Assembly (NCBI RefSeq): GCF_004010195.1
Contig: NC_057719.1
Span: forward strand, 46,356,137 to 46,420,136
DNA length: 64,000 bases
From: Chiloscyllium plagiosum
Taxonomy: Eukaryota
Direction: 5' to 3'
Position 1 is the first letter of the stretch, and each line of letters starts with the position of its first letter. Shown here piece by piece: positions 1 through 11,171 of the stretch. The notes under the pieces were generated by a model, which saw only the letters and a program-made list of their open reading frames with translations, was not told the origin of the DNA and made no database searches. A program made the position numbers and the translations under genes.

Positions 1-404
1 CCTATCGAGTCTGCACCGACCTTCCAAAGAGCATCCACCCCTCACTCCCTATCTCTGTGAAAGGAAAGCAACTGGGAGAATGTGCTCGACTGGAATTGAA
101 TTTAAAGACAAAAGTGAATATTTTGTCAACCCTATCCATGCACATACTTGGTTGATTCCAATTTGTAGTCCAGATGCTCCCTGTTACTTCCAGTGGGTGT
201 GTCCAGTATGTTTCAGTACGGATACAGACAGATTGCTGAAATCCCTGCTCTTACTGGGATTTTTGGCTGCAGTGCCACCTGTTTCGGAAGTAGTTAATAA
301 ATTCCACAACTTCCCCTCTTATTAAATGAAGAGGAGATAAGTGGTAAGGAGCAGTGCTACTCGAGTTTGAGGATGGATTGTTAACAGCGAATGGAATATT
401 AGTG

Positions 405-904
405 NNNNNNNNNNNNNNNNNNNNNNNNNNNNNNNNNNNNNNNNNNNNNNNNNNNNNNNNNNNNNNNNNNNNNNNNNNNNNNNNNNNNNNNNNNNNNNNN
501 NNNNNNNNNNNNNNNNNNNNNNNNNNNNNNNNNNNNNNNNNNNNNNNNNNNNNNNNNNNNNNNNNNNNNNNNNNNNNNNNNNNNNNNNNNNNNNNNNNNN
601 NNNNNNNNNNNNNNNNNNNNNNNNNNNNNNNNNNNNNNNNNNNNNNNNNNNNNNNNNNNNNNNNNNNNNNNNNNNNNNNNNNNNNNNNNNNNNNNNNNNN
701 NNNNNNNNNNNNNNNNNNNNNNNNNNNNNNNNNNNNNNNNNNNNNNNNNNNNNNNNNNNNNNNNNNNNNNNNNNNNNNNNNNNNNNNNNNNNNNNNNNNN
801 NNNNNNNNNNNNNNNNNNNNNNNNNNNNNNNNNNNNNNNNNNNNNNNNNNNNNNNNNNNNNNNNNNNNNNNNNNNNNNNNNNNNNNNNNNNNNNNNNNNN
901 NNNN
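405..904. other. Assembly gap (500 N), fixed-size scaffolding gap
   Basis: Run of N from 405 to 904. ORFs 251..1000 and 354..923 are artefacts of it. Confidence 0.99.
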
Positions 905-1794
905 GAGGTTGGCTGGTACCTGAATTGGCGTTAGGCCGAAGCCAGCATAAAGATCCACCAAGAGCAGGTCAGCACAACCAAACGATCCTTCAACATTCAA
1001 TCACGATCCAGCGATGGTCTCCAGCAGCTCCGACGACTCGCAACACGATCCCCGTGGTTTCCCCCCCGCCAGCATATGTCCGCTGCGTCGAACCGACAAC
1101 ACTCGAGCAGAATCTCTTCCTCTGGTCCTCAGGAACTACACATATTCCGAGCCAAAAGGCCAAGAAGCGAAACGCTATCATAATTGAAGTTGAAAATTTC
1201 TGGAGTTCCCATGGACTAAAAACTTAACAGGAATAATAGAATGGTCACAGTGTGGTACCTTTTGACTCATTGTGACTATGCCAACTCTCTGCAAGAACAA
1301 CTCAACTTGTGCATTTTCTCATGCCATTTTTTTTTCACTTCAGCTAATTATCCAATATCCAATTAAAAAATGACAATCTACCTCTGTCTGAATTTGGGGA
1401 TGATGCCTATTTAGAATCACGAGTCTTTTCAATGCATATTCATGTGACTGAACAGGCAGATGAGTGACCTGTGAATCATTGGGCATATGGCTACAGGATA
1501 GTAGGAGCTAGAGTCCTGGATTTGTTTCATTTTCACCACAGCTACACTGTATCTCATAACTAAAAATGTAAGCCAAAGTATGATGCAGCTTGATGGACAG
1601 GTGATTGTCATTCTGAATGATTGGTAGCAATTAATGCCAATACTGCCCTACTACTGAAGACTCTCAACTCTCAGAATGCAGAAATTCCCCTCAATATCAG
1701 TCTTAAATGGACTATACCTTTATTCTGAAATTATGTTCTGGTTCTCACCAGTCACAGGAAACATCCTACCTAGATCCACCCTGTAATCATTTTG

Positions 1795-2380
1795 AAACAT
1801 AGAAAATAGGATCAGGAGTAGGCCACTCAGTCTTTCAAACTTGTTCTGCTATTCAATGTGATCATGGTTGATACTCATCTCAATGCCATGTCTTTATCTT
1901 CTCCCCATACCTCTTGGAGACTTTTAAATCTAAAAAATAGTATCTAACCTTTTTCTAAATATATTTAGTGACTTGGTCTCTATAGCCTTCTAAATTTCAC
2001 TACCCTATACGTTTCCTCAGCCCAGTTCTCAATGGTCTACCCCACATCCCAAGACTATGTCTCCTGGTTCTAGACTCCCCAACCAGGGAAAACATCCTCT
2101 TCCTGCATCTACTCTGTCCAGCTCTGTTAGAAATTTATACTTTCAATCAGTTGCCCTCTCATCCTTCTAACCTCTGATGAATACATGCTCTCTTGAATCA
2201 ACCCATTCTCAAATGACAGTCTTGCCGTCCTCAACATCAGCCTAGTGAACCTCTGTAGCAAGTCTATCCTTGAAACTGCATGCAGATGTGGTCTCACCAA
2301 GGCCCTGTATATCTGTATTAAGACATCCCTACTTCTAAGATCATATCCTCTTGCAATCAAGTTCAATATAACATTTCTCT
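1795..2380 (-). mobile_element. Old CR1 LINE, 3' part of ORF2 and 3' UTR
   Basis: ORF 2127..2366 (SRDVLIQIYRALVRPHL...QRFTRLM) matches the CR1 ORF2 C-terminus. A typical CR1 tail (catagaaaataggatcaggagtaggcca) lies near 1798. Confidence 0.8.
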
Positions 2381-2479
2381 TCTGTGCAGCTGGTCACTCA
2401 TAGTGCCATGGACTTGGCTGTGGTTGTGCTCCTCAAAGGAACTATCAGCGCCACCGGAATCCCAAAATTAAAAACAATT

Positions 2480-2780
2480 TGAGGGTGCGATTATTTCAGG
2501 GGAGTCTTCCACTACTTGTTTTGTTCTCTTGGATTGTCTATCATTCGCCCCATTCCCAAACTGTCCGTATGTTTCAAATCTATGGTGAGGTAACCTCCCT
2601 AAACATACTATCCAAGTTGTTCTCTGCCTCACAAATGCATCATTGTAATTCTGGCCACTGCTCAAGTTCTGAAACCTGAAGTTAAATATTATGCAGATGT
2701 AGTCACACCTCTTGCAGATGTGTTTGTCTCAGACACACAGTTCTTTATACCTTCTCACATGTCACATTCCACTTGGCCGA
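2480..2780 (-). mobile_element. CR1 LINE ORF1 N-terminal fragment (Zn-finger/leucine-zipper region), degenerate
   Basis: Minus-strand translation gives VEC..., HICKRC and VSELEQ...EAENNLDSMFREVTSP, resembling CR1 ORF1, with stops. Confidence 0.6.
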
Positions 2781-2984
2781 ACTGACTAACTGTAGAGTAA
2801 TTTTGCACATTATTTATTATGAGTAGAATAGCTTACCAATTACTGACCAACCAGCTCCTCCTTCTGCACTGAAGTAAAAACCAAATATTGGAGTGGGATA
2901 AAAGCACCTCTCCCCCTCTTTAATAAGCTCTCCACTGATTAACCTTGTGTCTGCTTACTCCATTTTTCAATCTGCACTCCAATT

Positions 2985-3360
2985 AATATTTCACTCCATT
3001 CACCACCAATGCAGTGGCAGCAACATGTACCATCTATGAGACATACTGCAGTGATTGACAAAAGTTCCTGTGACTGCACCTTCCAAATCTGCAACCATTC
3101 CCAACTGGATGTGCAAAGGCAACAGATACATTGGAACACCACTTGTAAGTTTCCTTTGAAAACACATACCATCCTAACTTGGAATGAGACCACTGCTCCT
3201 TCACTGTTACTAGGTTGAAATCCTGGAACTCTCTCCCTATTGACGTACTTACAAATGAAAGGCTTATCTCAATTCACAAAGGAAACTCATCACCATCTTC
3301 TTAAGGGCAGTAAGGGGTGTTAAATAAATCTTGGCCTTGCTCAAGACTCTCTCATCCTGA
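2985..3360 (+). mobile_element. 3' end of a second CR1-clade LINE family
   Basis: Similar to 25360-25745 and to the 3' part of 42730-43560, which carries RT motifs. Confidence 0.7.
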
Positions 3361-4660
3361 GACCAAACTAAAATGTCTTTTACACCCTCTTCCTTTATTT
3401 GGAAGTGCTCCTTCATCCATGCCTTGCATGCATTCGCCTCATTAAAAGTGTCAAATGATACGTAATTGTACCCGCTCTCACTTCATTATAGACTGCAAGC
3501 TGACACCTGGCTTTTATTACATGCAGCCAAATAGCTTCATCAACTTATGCAACTTCTCAAAAACAAGACAATTGAAAACAGAGAGGCTCACAACAGATGG
3601 TGGACCCCAGATCTGCGATTGCTCACCCGTTCAAACAAAGAAGCTACTCAGTTCCCAGATGTGGAAACAGAGGGAGTTGGAGATGGTGAAATAGAAGAGC
3701 AAGTAGCAGCTACAGACTTTGGTGAACATTTTCTATTCTTCCTTCTCAATCCTCATGGGCTTGATCATAAACTATATCATGGGACTACTGTATTAGTCCC
3801 TATGGGGAAAAAAAAAGTGAACTCTGTTCTACAACAATCTATTCTGTGTTGCTTCCTCTTTCATTAAATGTGCCCAAAGAAGGAGGAACTGTTAGACATA
3901 CTCTTACGTAGCCTTGTCAGTAGCCCAAGGCAAATGAAATCCCTAGCAGTCAGATCTTAACTAACTTTCTATTTTTGTTTCAAGTGACTACCTCTCTTGT
4001 GCAGTGCTACAACGATCTTGGATTCACGAAGGGCAACAACCCCCCATGGAAAATCAATCGGCTGGGTGGGGGGAGCTTTTCTCATATAAATGATTAAAAA
4101 CAATTTTTCAGTCATGTGAGGAGGAGGTTAAAAAATAAAAGTGAAAATAAAAATATTTCCACCTGAAGAGAATGTTACAAATCAACTATGAGGGAAAGCT
4201 AAAAATAGTTTTACAAATTGAAAATCTTCACCTTTATCTACAACTATTTTACAAATAATTTATCTGTGAGACCTGTATCTTTCTGTTTCAGTAAATTGAA
4301 TAATATCTTAAATCTTGTGTCACACTTTCAAATTCCTTCCATTGAAACACTGTGGAAAATTTCTAAGAGATGCAATAAGTTAGTTTAAAGTGTTGTGAGT
4401 TGTGATCTATTGCTGAAGTACTTTATTACGTCTCTGGACAGGCACAGTCACTTTTAAGTTGTTGCACGACTGCAGAATCCATGTGGAGCAGAGCACATCA
4501 AATTAATCACCCCTTTCTGTAATGGTGAGATGGGGCATGGGTTGAAATGTGGCCCACTGCCACGAGTGTGAATGTCTGTTTGCACGGCAATAGATCGTGT
4601 AACCTTTTTTGAGAGGAGTCATCTTATTATGATATTTAAAGTAGGTTCCCACAGTGCAGT

Positions 4661-4746
4661 GCCTAGATTAGAGAGGTGCTAGAAAAGCACAGCATCTGAG
4701 GAACAGGAAAATTGACGTTTCAGGCAAAAGCACTTGATCAGGAATG
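4661..4746 (-). mobile_element. Short Penelope-like pLTR fragment (family B) with degenerate hammerhead
   Basis: Reverse complement reads ttc-CTGATCA-A-GTGC-TTTT-GCCT-GAAA-CG-TC. 10-bp TSD ACAGTGCAGT at 4651-4660 and 4747-4756. Homologous to 41375-41600 and 58157-58291. Confidence 0.75.
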
Positions 4747-4819
4747 ACAGTGCAGTAGCAATCTGATTTTAAATTAAATGCTAACCAACTGGCCATGTTT
4801 CAGAAGGCTTGGGAAATCT

Positions 4820-5150
4820 GAATTGAATTAAATTGAATTAGTTTTATTGTCACATGTACTCAAATAGGTACAGTGAAAAGTTGACAAGCCGTCACCTACA
4901 ATGCCATCTCAGGTACAAAGGTACCTAAGTACAATCCTTTGTTACAGTACTGAGAAGTGAAGAAAAAAATTACATTACTGCTGTACACAGTATAACCATA
5001 GGACAGATAGTCAGAAGAAAGAAGTTGAAAAGACATCATCACAGTCTCTTTCCGAGGGCTCTCTGCAGCAGACCAGCAGAGGGTACCTCCACATGGTCTG
5101 ACTGCTGGCTGCCACCATGCTCTACCAAAGTGGAGATGGAAGCAGCCAGA
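4820..5150 (-). mobile_element. Non-LTR retroelement 3' tail with a Rex-Babar-like terminus
   Basis: (AATTG)n tail followed by tttattgtcacatgtac...tacagtgaaaag, shared with the Rex-Babar end near 27390 and with 60040-60260. Confidence 0.5.
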
Positions 5151-6375
5151 TCTGACCATTAAATGTTTCACTATGCCAGAATGGGTATGATAACCTCTCA
5201 CTCACAAACCATCTACCACTTTTCACAAAAGCCTCTCACAGATCACAGCCTTTCCTTGCTGCTGTGATTGACCAAACTTCTCACCTTTGCCTCCCCACCT
5301 TGAGACTGCATTATCTAACCCAATACCATATCCCAATTTTTATCTTTCATTTTCTGATTGCCATCTTTAACCTCCACAGTATGGTTCAATTTGTTCCACC
5401 TCACAACTCCTGAATGCTAACACATTTCCTCTCACTATGTCCCAATATTTTCCTCCTTCTCAATTGGAGTACTCCACCCCCCATCACTCTGTTCTAGACT
5501 TAGGACTGGATTTTCCTGGATGCAATTGGAAAGGCAGTTTGAGAAACTTACCAACTTGTCTTTTGAAAAAGAAGGCCCTGCCTGTCATATTTTTGTTCTG
5601 AGGAGGCAGAGGCAAGGTGAAGTCCAGCCCAAAGCAATAATGGAGGAAGGGAGTTGGCCAGGCCAGACAGGCAGGCTGGAATGACCACCTTCATTTCCTG
5701 GACTCTGGCCCAATCTCAATGAGGAATGTCAGGCCGTTAAACCTTCATCTCACATGCCCCACCCACCTCACCTCATGTGTCCTTTTCATGCTGCATAGCC
5801 CATGTTCCCTCATATTTCTGATGTCATTTCCATTTCCCCTCCTATTTCCAATACCTCACATGTATCCTCCATAGCTTTCACTCAGTATCTACTATAGAGG
5901 TGTTATTCAAACACAGGTAATAGTGAAAAGTCCATTATAACAAAACTTTGTAAAAAACCCTTAAGTCGTCAATCTGTTGTAAAAAGCAAACTACCAAAAA
6001 CATCTATTTCACTAATCAAGCCAAAAAAGGTCAATCCTTCGAAAATCCACAAAACTATCATGGAAATTCTGAACTCAATCTCCTGCTGAGATGAGTGGCT
6101 TTGAGCACTTTGAGTCTTAGACAAGCATTCATAAGCTCAGGTATAACAATAACTTAACGAATCTGAAAAATCTTTTTTCCTAAAGTACACCAGATGTTGT
6201 GACAATCCAAGCATTCCAGGGGCAGATAGGTTTTTTAATCCTGAATGCTGTTGAAGACATTTTCTCATTTTAGAAATAGTCTGGGCATTTAGATCACTTC
6301 AGATTATTAAACTAGAGATCACTGATATGAAATCACATGTAACTTACAGCATCTATTAATGAAATTGAAAGAATA

Positions 6376-6948
6376 ATGCTTTTTTTAAATTTTAAAGTCT
6401 GTCAAATATAGAATTCCAGGAGCTGTTGACTTAAGTTTTGTTCCCCATTTGGGATCTGGGATGGCCCCGAGTTCACACCTCCTCTGAGAGGCTTTGAACC
6501 ATGTCTACTTACACAAAGGATTTGACCCCATTCAATTGGCGAGGGACCAGGGTGTTAAATAGCCGAACAAGGATGAGAGTACTGTATATGGGCTAAACTG
6601 CACTGGTGAAAATGACCAGAAAAAATAGGGGTCAGAAGCAGCTCTCCCTTGCTGTTGTGTAAGGGGTGCTGAGTCAACCTGACTTGACAAAATATGGGCC
6701 TTTGTCTTCCTCCCATTTTTCAATTCTCCAACCTTGAATTACTACCAACCATGCTCCTTTTTAAAAAAATTTAAAGTCTGTCAAATATAAAATTCCAGGA
6801 CCTATTGACTTATGTTTCATTCCCCATTTGGGACCCAAGCTCCCCCCGGCCCCGGTTCACACCTCCTCTGAGATATCTTGAATGATGTCTACTTACTCAA
6901 AGGATCTGACCCCACTCAATTGGCAAGGGGTCAGAATTTTAAATAGCC
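6376..6948 (+). repeat. Diverged direct duplication of a ~190-bp unit (6376-6564 and 6751-6948)
   Basis: Colinear shared blocks ttaaagtctgtcaaatata.aattccagga, ttccccatttggga, gttcacacctcctctgaga, atgtctacttac, tgacccca.tcaattggc, aaatagcc. Confidence 0.9.
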
Positions 6949-8934
6949 TACCACCAAGTCCCAGTCTTTTCTGATTGCCAGCCTGTTACTAGCAGGAAAT
7001 GTGACAAAAATAGCAATGAGGTCTTGCCATTGAACTCAACAGGACTTCTGCCTTTCAGCAATTTCTGGGAATTTCACCCATTTCCCCCGTACCCACCCAA
7101 ACACACTCCTTCCCTATGCCAGCATAAATACTGTGATTTATATTTCAAATTCAGGATTATTTATGAATAATGTCAGATGAAACCCATTAGGTTTACTTAA
7201 GGCACCGACAACCACAAGAGAAGTTTTCAAACATCCTTCATTTGTTTCTAAGTAATTGAAAAGAGATCAACAGGAATTCATTCCAAATAGGGAACTCTCA
7301 AAAGCTGAAAAACAACTGACAAATAAGAAACACAGCTGCAGTACTGTTGCTAATTTAAACGCCAGTCTGAAATGTAGGTTTGTGGAATGCAATAATCACA
7401 TTTTCTAGCTGTTGGTTCCAAATACTAGCAACAGTTAAATTGTGCTATTCAAAGTAATGTATTGTGAACTTCTCTCTATTGCATAACATTAGCGAGATGA
7501 AAATATACACAACAGAGTTATGTATTCTTGTGAATAACTTGAGGATGAGTCAGTGATCAGACACTTCAAGCATTGAGAGACATTCTCATGAATGCAAATC
7601 AGTTAATTACAAGGCCATAAACATTGCTTCCCACGCAAGTGTAATCTTGCTCTTCACTGGAATGACCTAATTGTAGAATTAGGCATTTAATAAATGAATA
7701 AGTTATAATGAAGGGAATTGTTTTACCCTTAATACCAGAGCAAATAATTATGTTGTTTGTTATAGACTAGCTTCATGATATCTCACACAATACAAGCTTT
7801 AGTGTAACATTCGCCCACTTAATTTTATTCCTGTCCTAATTTTTTGCCTTTCCTTAAATCTCAAACTTGATCTAAAATAATTAAGTCAAACAGGAAGATT
7901 CATTTTCTACTAGCCAGGACCTCCAACTTTTTAAAAAAGTTCTGCTTTTATGCCAGATCAACTTGTCTGTACCAAACTCCCTAACATAAAAAGAAAAATA
8001 CTCAGTATGTCTGGCAGCATCCATGGAGAGAATAGATTTCTGTTTTGTCCTAGTTTGATTTAGTTTTTGTGTACAGCCAATATACTGGCCAGGATTTTGT
8101 CAGTCTTTGGCATCATTACTTCTCTGAAAATTACTTGTGAGGTTCTCACAAGCATAGTTAATCATAGAAATCCAAAAATTGTTGCTGGTGATTCTGAACT
8201 TTGTCACTGAGTGTGTTGTTGAATTCCATGCAAATATCTGAACTGATGTGAAGTTGCCCCTGTAAGCTGCAAATTTCACTGTAAATACTCATTAAAAAGT
8301 CGTAGAGTGTTAAATGAGATGATAGCGTAGTAAGTTCATAACTACTGCTGAAAAATATCTTTGGTTATGAAAACTTAATTATAGATTTTCAGAATAATAA
8401 AGTTTGCCATAATACTATCACAACTTTTTCATCGTCACTAGATCAAAATTGTAAAACCTAATAGTTTTTCGGTTATAGCTCGTCAGATAAGACAGCAGTG
8501 GCTCACCACCACCTTCTTGAAGGGTATTAGGAATGGGTCATAAATGCTGGCCTTACCAGCAATATATGGCAGTCCAACACCCACAAATTTGTGTATGTGT
8601 ACAAGCAAAGAGAAAATTACTGAATGTTTTGAAGCATATTTTGAAGACAGCTCAACCATTCCTGCAGTGCTAATTTTGACTGCACATGCCAACACAATAC
8701 TAAATTTTTTTTTCATCAATGTGCAGCATTTTGGGAAAAAAATTCATGCAAGTTAATGTTAGAATCATAAAAGGAAAAAAATTGTTTAGGCCTGAAAACA
8801 AACTCAGTTAACCTGTGCCTCTTTGCTTCAGATGTAGTCATCACACAAATTTTTTAATGCCTGCTTAGTCAATTGGTCGTTGTGTCCAGCCAGCTGAGTG
8901 GCTGTATATCTGAGCAGGAAATGCAAAATTGTGT

Positions 8935-9175
8935 GAGGGGAGGTGGTAGCTTAATAGTAATGTGACTGGCTTAGTATTCATGGAGACATGAGTTCAAACC
9001 CCACCATACCATCTGGTGTAATTTAAATTCAGTAATGATTGAAACTATCATCAAAACCCTTCTTGTTCATTCTGGTCATTTATGAAAGGAAACCTGCTGT
9101 CTTTATCAGGCCTACATATGACTGCAGATCCACACAATGTGGTTGACTTTTAACTACCCTCAGTAGTAGCCCAGT
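8935..9175 (+). mobile_element. tRNA-derived SINE sharing a CR1-like tail; other copies at 30700-30866 (+), 46295-46632 (-), 56630-57195 (+)
   Basis: tRNA-like head with B box (gagttcaaaccc) and core ggaaacctgctgtc...ggcctacatatgact...caatgtggttgact, repeated in the other copies. Confidence 0.75.
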
Positions 9176-9334
9176 GAAAAAAAACTGTCCTTAATCACAT
9201 TATAACAGGCTGCAACTCTTAAAAGGAAAGAGGGTAAGCCTTTTAGCGAAATCCCATGCTGGACATCATTTTAGCAGTCAGTTTGGTGAAGTAAAACATT
9301 ACAAGGAATAGGCTCCAATGGTTTCTGATGCAGC

Positions 9335-9945
9335 ATAGAATCACAGAATTGTTTGGGTGGAGATAAGGCCATTTAGTCTATTATGCCTGCACCAGTTCTA
9401 TTACCCAGTGCCAATCTCCCATATCCCTGCACACCCTTTCTATGCAAGTAATCATCCAATGCCCCCTTGAATGCCTCAGTTGAACCTGCATTCATCACAT
9501 TTCCAGGCATTGTATTCCATACAACAAACACGCGCTCAGTGTCAAATGTTTTATTTTTATAAGTTTTCAAATGTTTTTCACCCTGACATCATTGGCACTT
9601 CATCACTTTAAATCTATGCCCTCTTTTTCTTTTATCTTTTGAGAGGGAACAGCTTCACTCTATCTACTCTGCCCAGCCCACTGATGACTTTGAAAACCTG
9701 TATCAAATTTCCTCTCAGCCTTCTCACCAAGTCCTGATTTCTTCAACCTATCCTCATAACTGAAATTTCTCATTCCTGAAATCATTCTTGTAAATCACTT
9801 TTGCACTCTCCCCAATGCATTCACATCTTTCCAATAACATGACTCCCACAATGGTACACAATTCTCCAGATGATGTCTAATAAATGCCTTGCACAAGTTC
9901 AACATCACCTCCCTGCTCTGTTACTCTATGCTCCTATTAATAAAA
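9335..9945 (-). mobile_element. CR1 LINE 3' fragment
   Basis: ORF 9373..9570 (ERVFVVWNTMPGNVMNAGSTEAFKGALDDYL) is the CR1 ORF2 C-terminus. Tail at 9335. Confidence 0.85.
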
Positions 9946-10444
9946 AGGTGGTTGTGAAAGAAGAGCAAGGAGATACTTGATCCACAGATGACAGGGAGAC
10001 AATTGGAACATGTAGACATGCAGGTCTGTACCAGCAGTGTCATCTAAGGACCTGGATGCAGTGCTGAAAGAAGCTCAGAGCCGCTACGAGTGGTCAATGT
10101 CAGCAAATGCATCTTCAATTGCCATTTTCCACCAAGTGCATTACTCGCCTCACACACATCTTAATTCATCACTCACTTATCAACAATCTCTCATACACAG
10201 CTCATACCTTAAATTCATAGTTTCACCTCACCCTTCCAACGCACACACATAACTTAGTTCTATTGCAAACCTCACATTCTCACAAGTCGCACTGTAGCAC
10301 TGAACTTCTTGGCACTGACACATTTCACTCTCTCTCTTGCAGGACAAGCTGATGCATAACTGGAAGCAGCAGTAGCCAACCAGAAGGGGGCAGGCATGAG
10401 CAGATGTCCTCAGCCAAAAGGTGGATCTGGCACTTCCTATTATT

Positions 10445-11171
10445 TTGGATGTACAAACCCAAACAAGCAGACAAAACATGTCCAGAAACCCTAGCCACTC
10501 TCCCCTACATCAAAGACATCTCGGAAATGACTGCCAGACTACTCAGACCCTTTGGCATCATGGTAGCCCAAAAATCTACCAACACACTAAAACAGCAGCT
10601 AATGAACTTGAAAGACCCTATATAGACAACCAGCAAAACTAATGTCATTTACAAAATACCATGCAGGGACTGTAACAAACACCACACTGGACAAACAGGC
10701 AGAAAACTAGCCACTAAGATACATGAACACCAACTAGCCACAAAAAGACATGACCCTCTCTCACTAGTATCCTCACATACGGATGAGGAAGGACACCACT
10801 TCGACTGGGACAACACATCCATCCTAGGACAAGCCAAACAAAGACATGCACAAGAATTCCTAGAAGCGTGGCATTCGAACAGGAACTCTATCAACAAACA
10901 CATTGAGTTAGACCCCATCTCCCACCCCCTGAGAAAAGGAACAGGAAGTGACTTCACAGGAAATAACATTACCACAGGAAATGAGATCACCAATCCAAAG
11001 AAACCCAAACATATAAATAGAAAGCAGGAATTTTCAGCTTGCTTCGCCTGAGGCCCACTGAAAATGTTAGCTACTAGGGTAACGAAATGTCTGGAAATGA
11101 ACCTTCCAGTTCAGCGAGCAAACCTACATCCAAAACCTCAACCTGAACTACAAATCTTCTCAAAACTCGCT
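10445..11171 (+). mobile_element. Penelope-like element (Poseidon-type), 5'-truncated: RT C-terminus, GIY-YIG endonuclease and pLTR
   Basis: Translation TLPYIKDISEMTARLLRP...NVIYKIPCRDCNKHHTGQTGRKLATKIHEHQLA...FDWDNTSILG...EFLEAWHS. 13-bp TSD ACTTCCTATTATT at 10432-10444 and 11172-11184. Confidence 0.92.
11055..11094 (+). ncRNA. Degenerate minimal type-I hammerhead ribozyme in the pLTR
   Basis: CCA-CTGAAAA-TGTTAGCTACTAGGGTAAC-GAAA-TG-TC-TGG. Helix I CCA/TGG, GUC cleavage triplet. G8>A and ACGT>ATGT changes make it probably inactive. Confidence 0.7.

Noticed and set aside
251..1000. Long ORFs of 249 and 189 aa
   Set aside because: They consist mostly of the N gap.
3547..3867. 106-aa plus-strand ORF with an acidic stretch
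   Set aside because: No recognisable domain, and the convincing splice signals are on the opposite strand.
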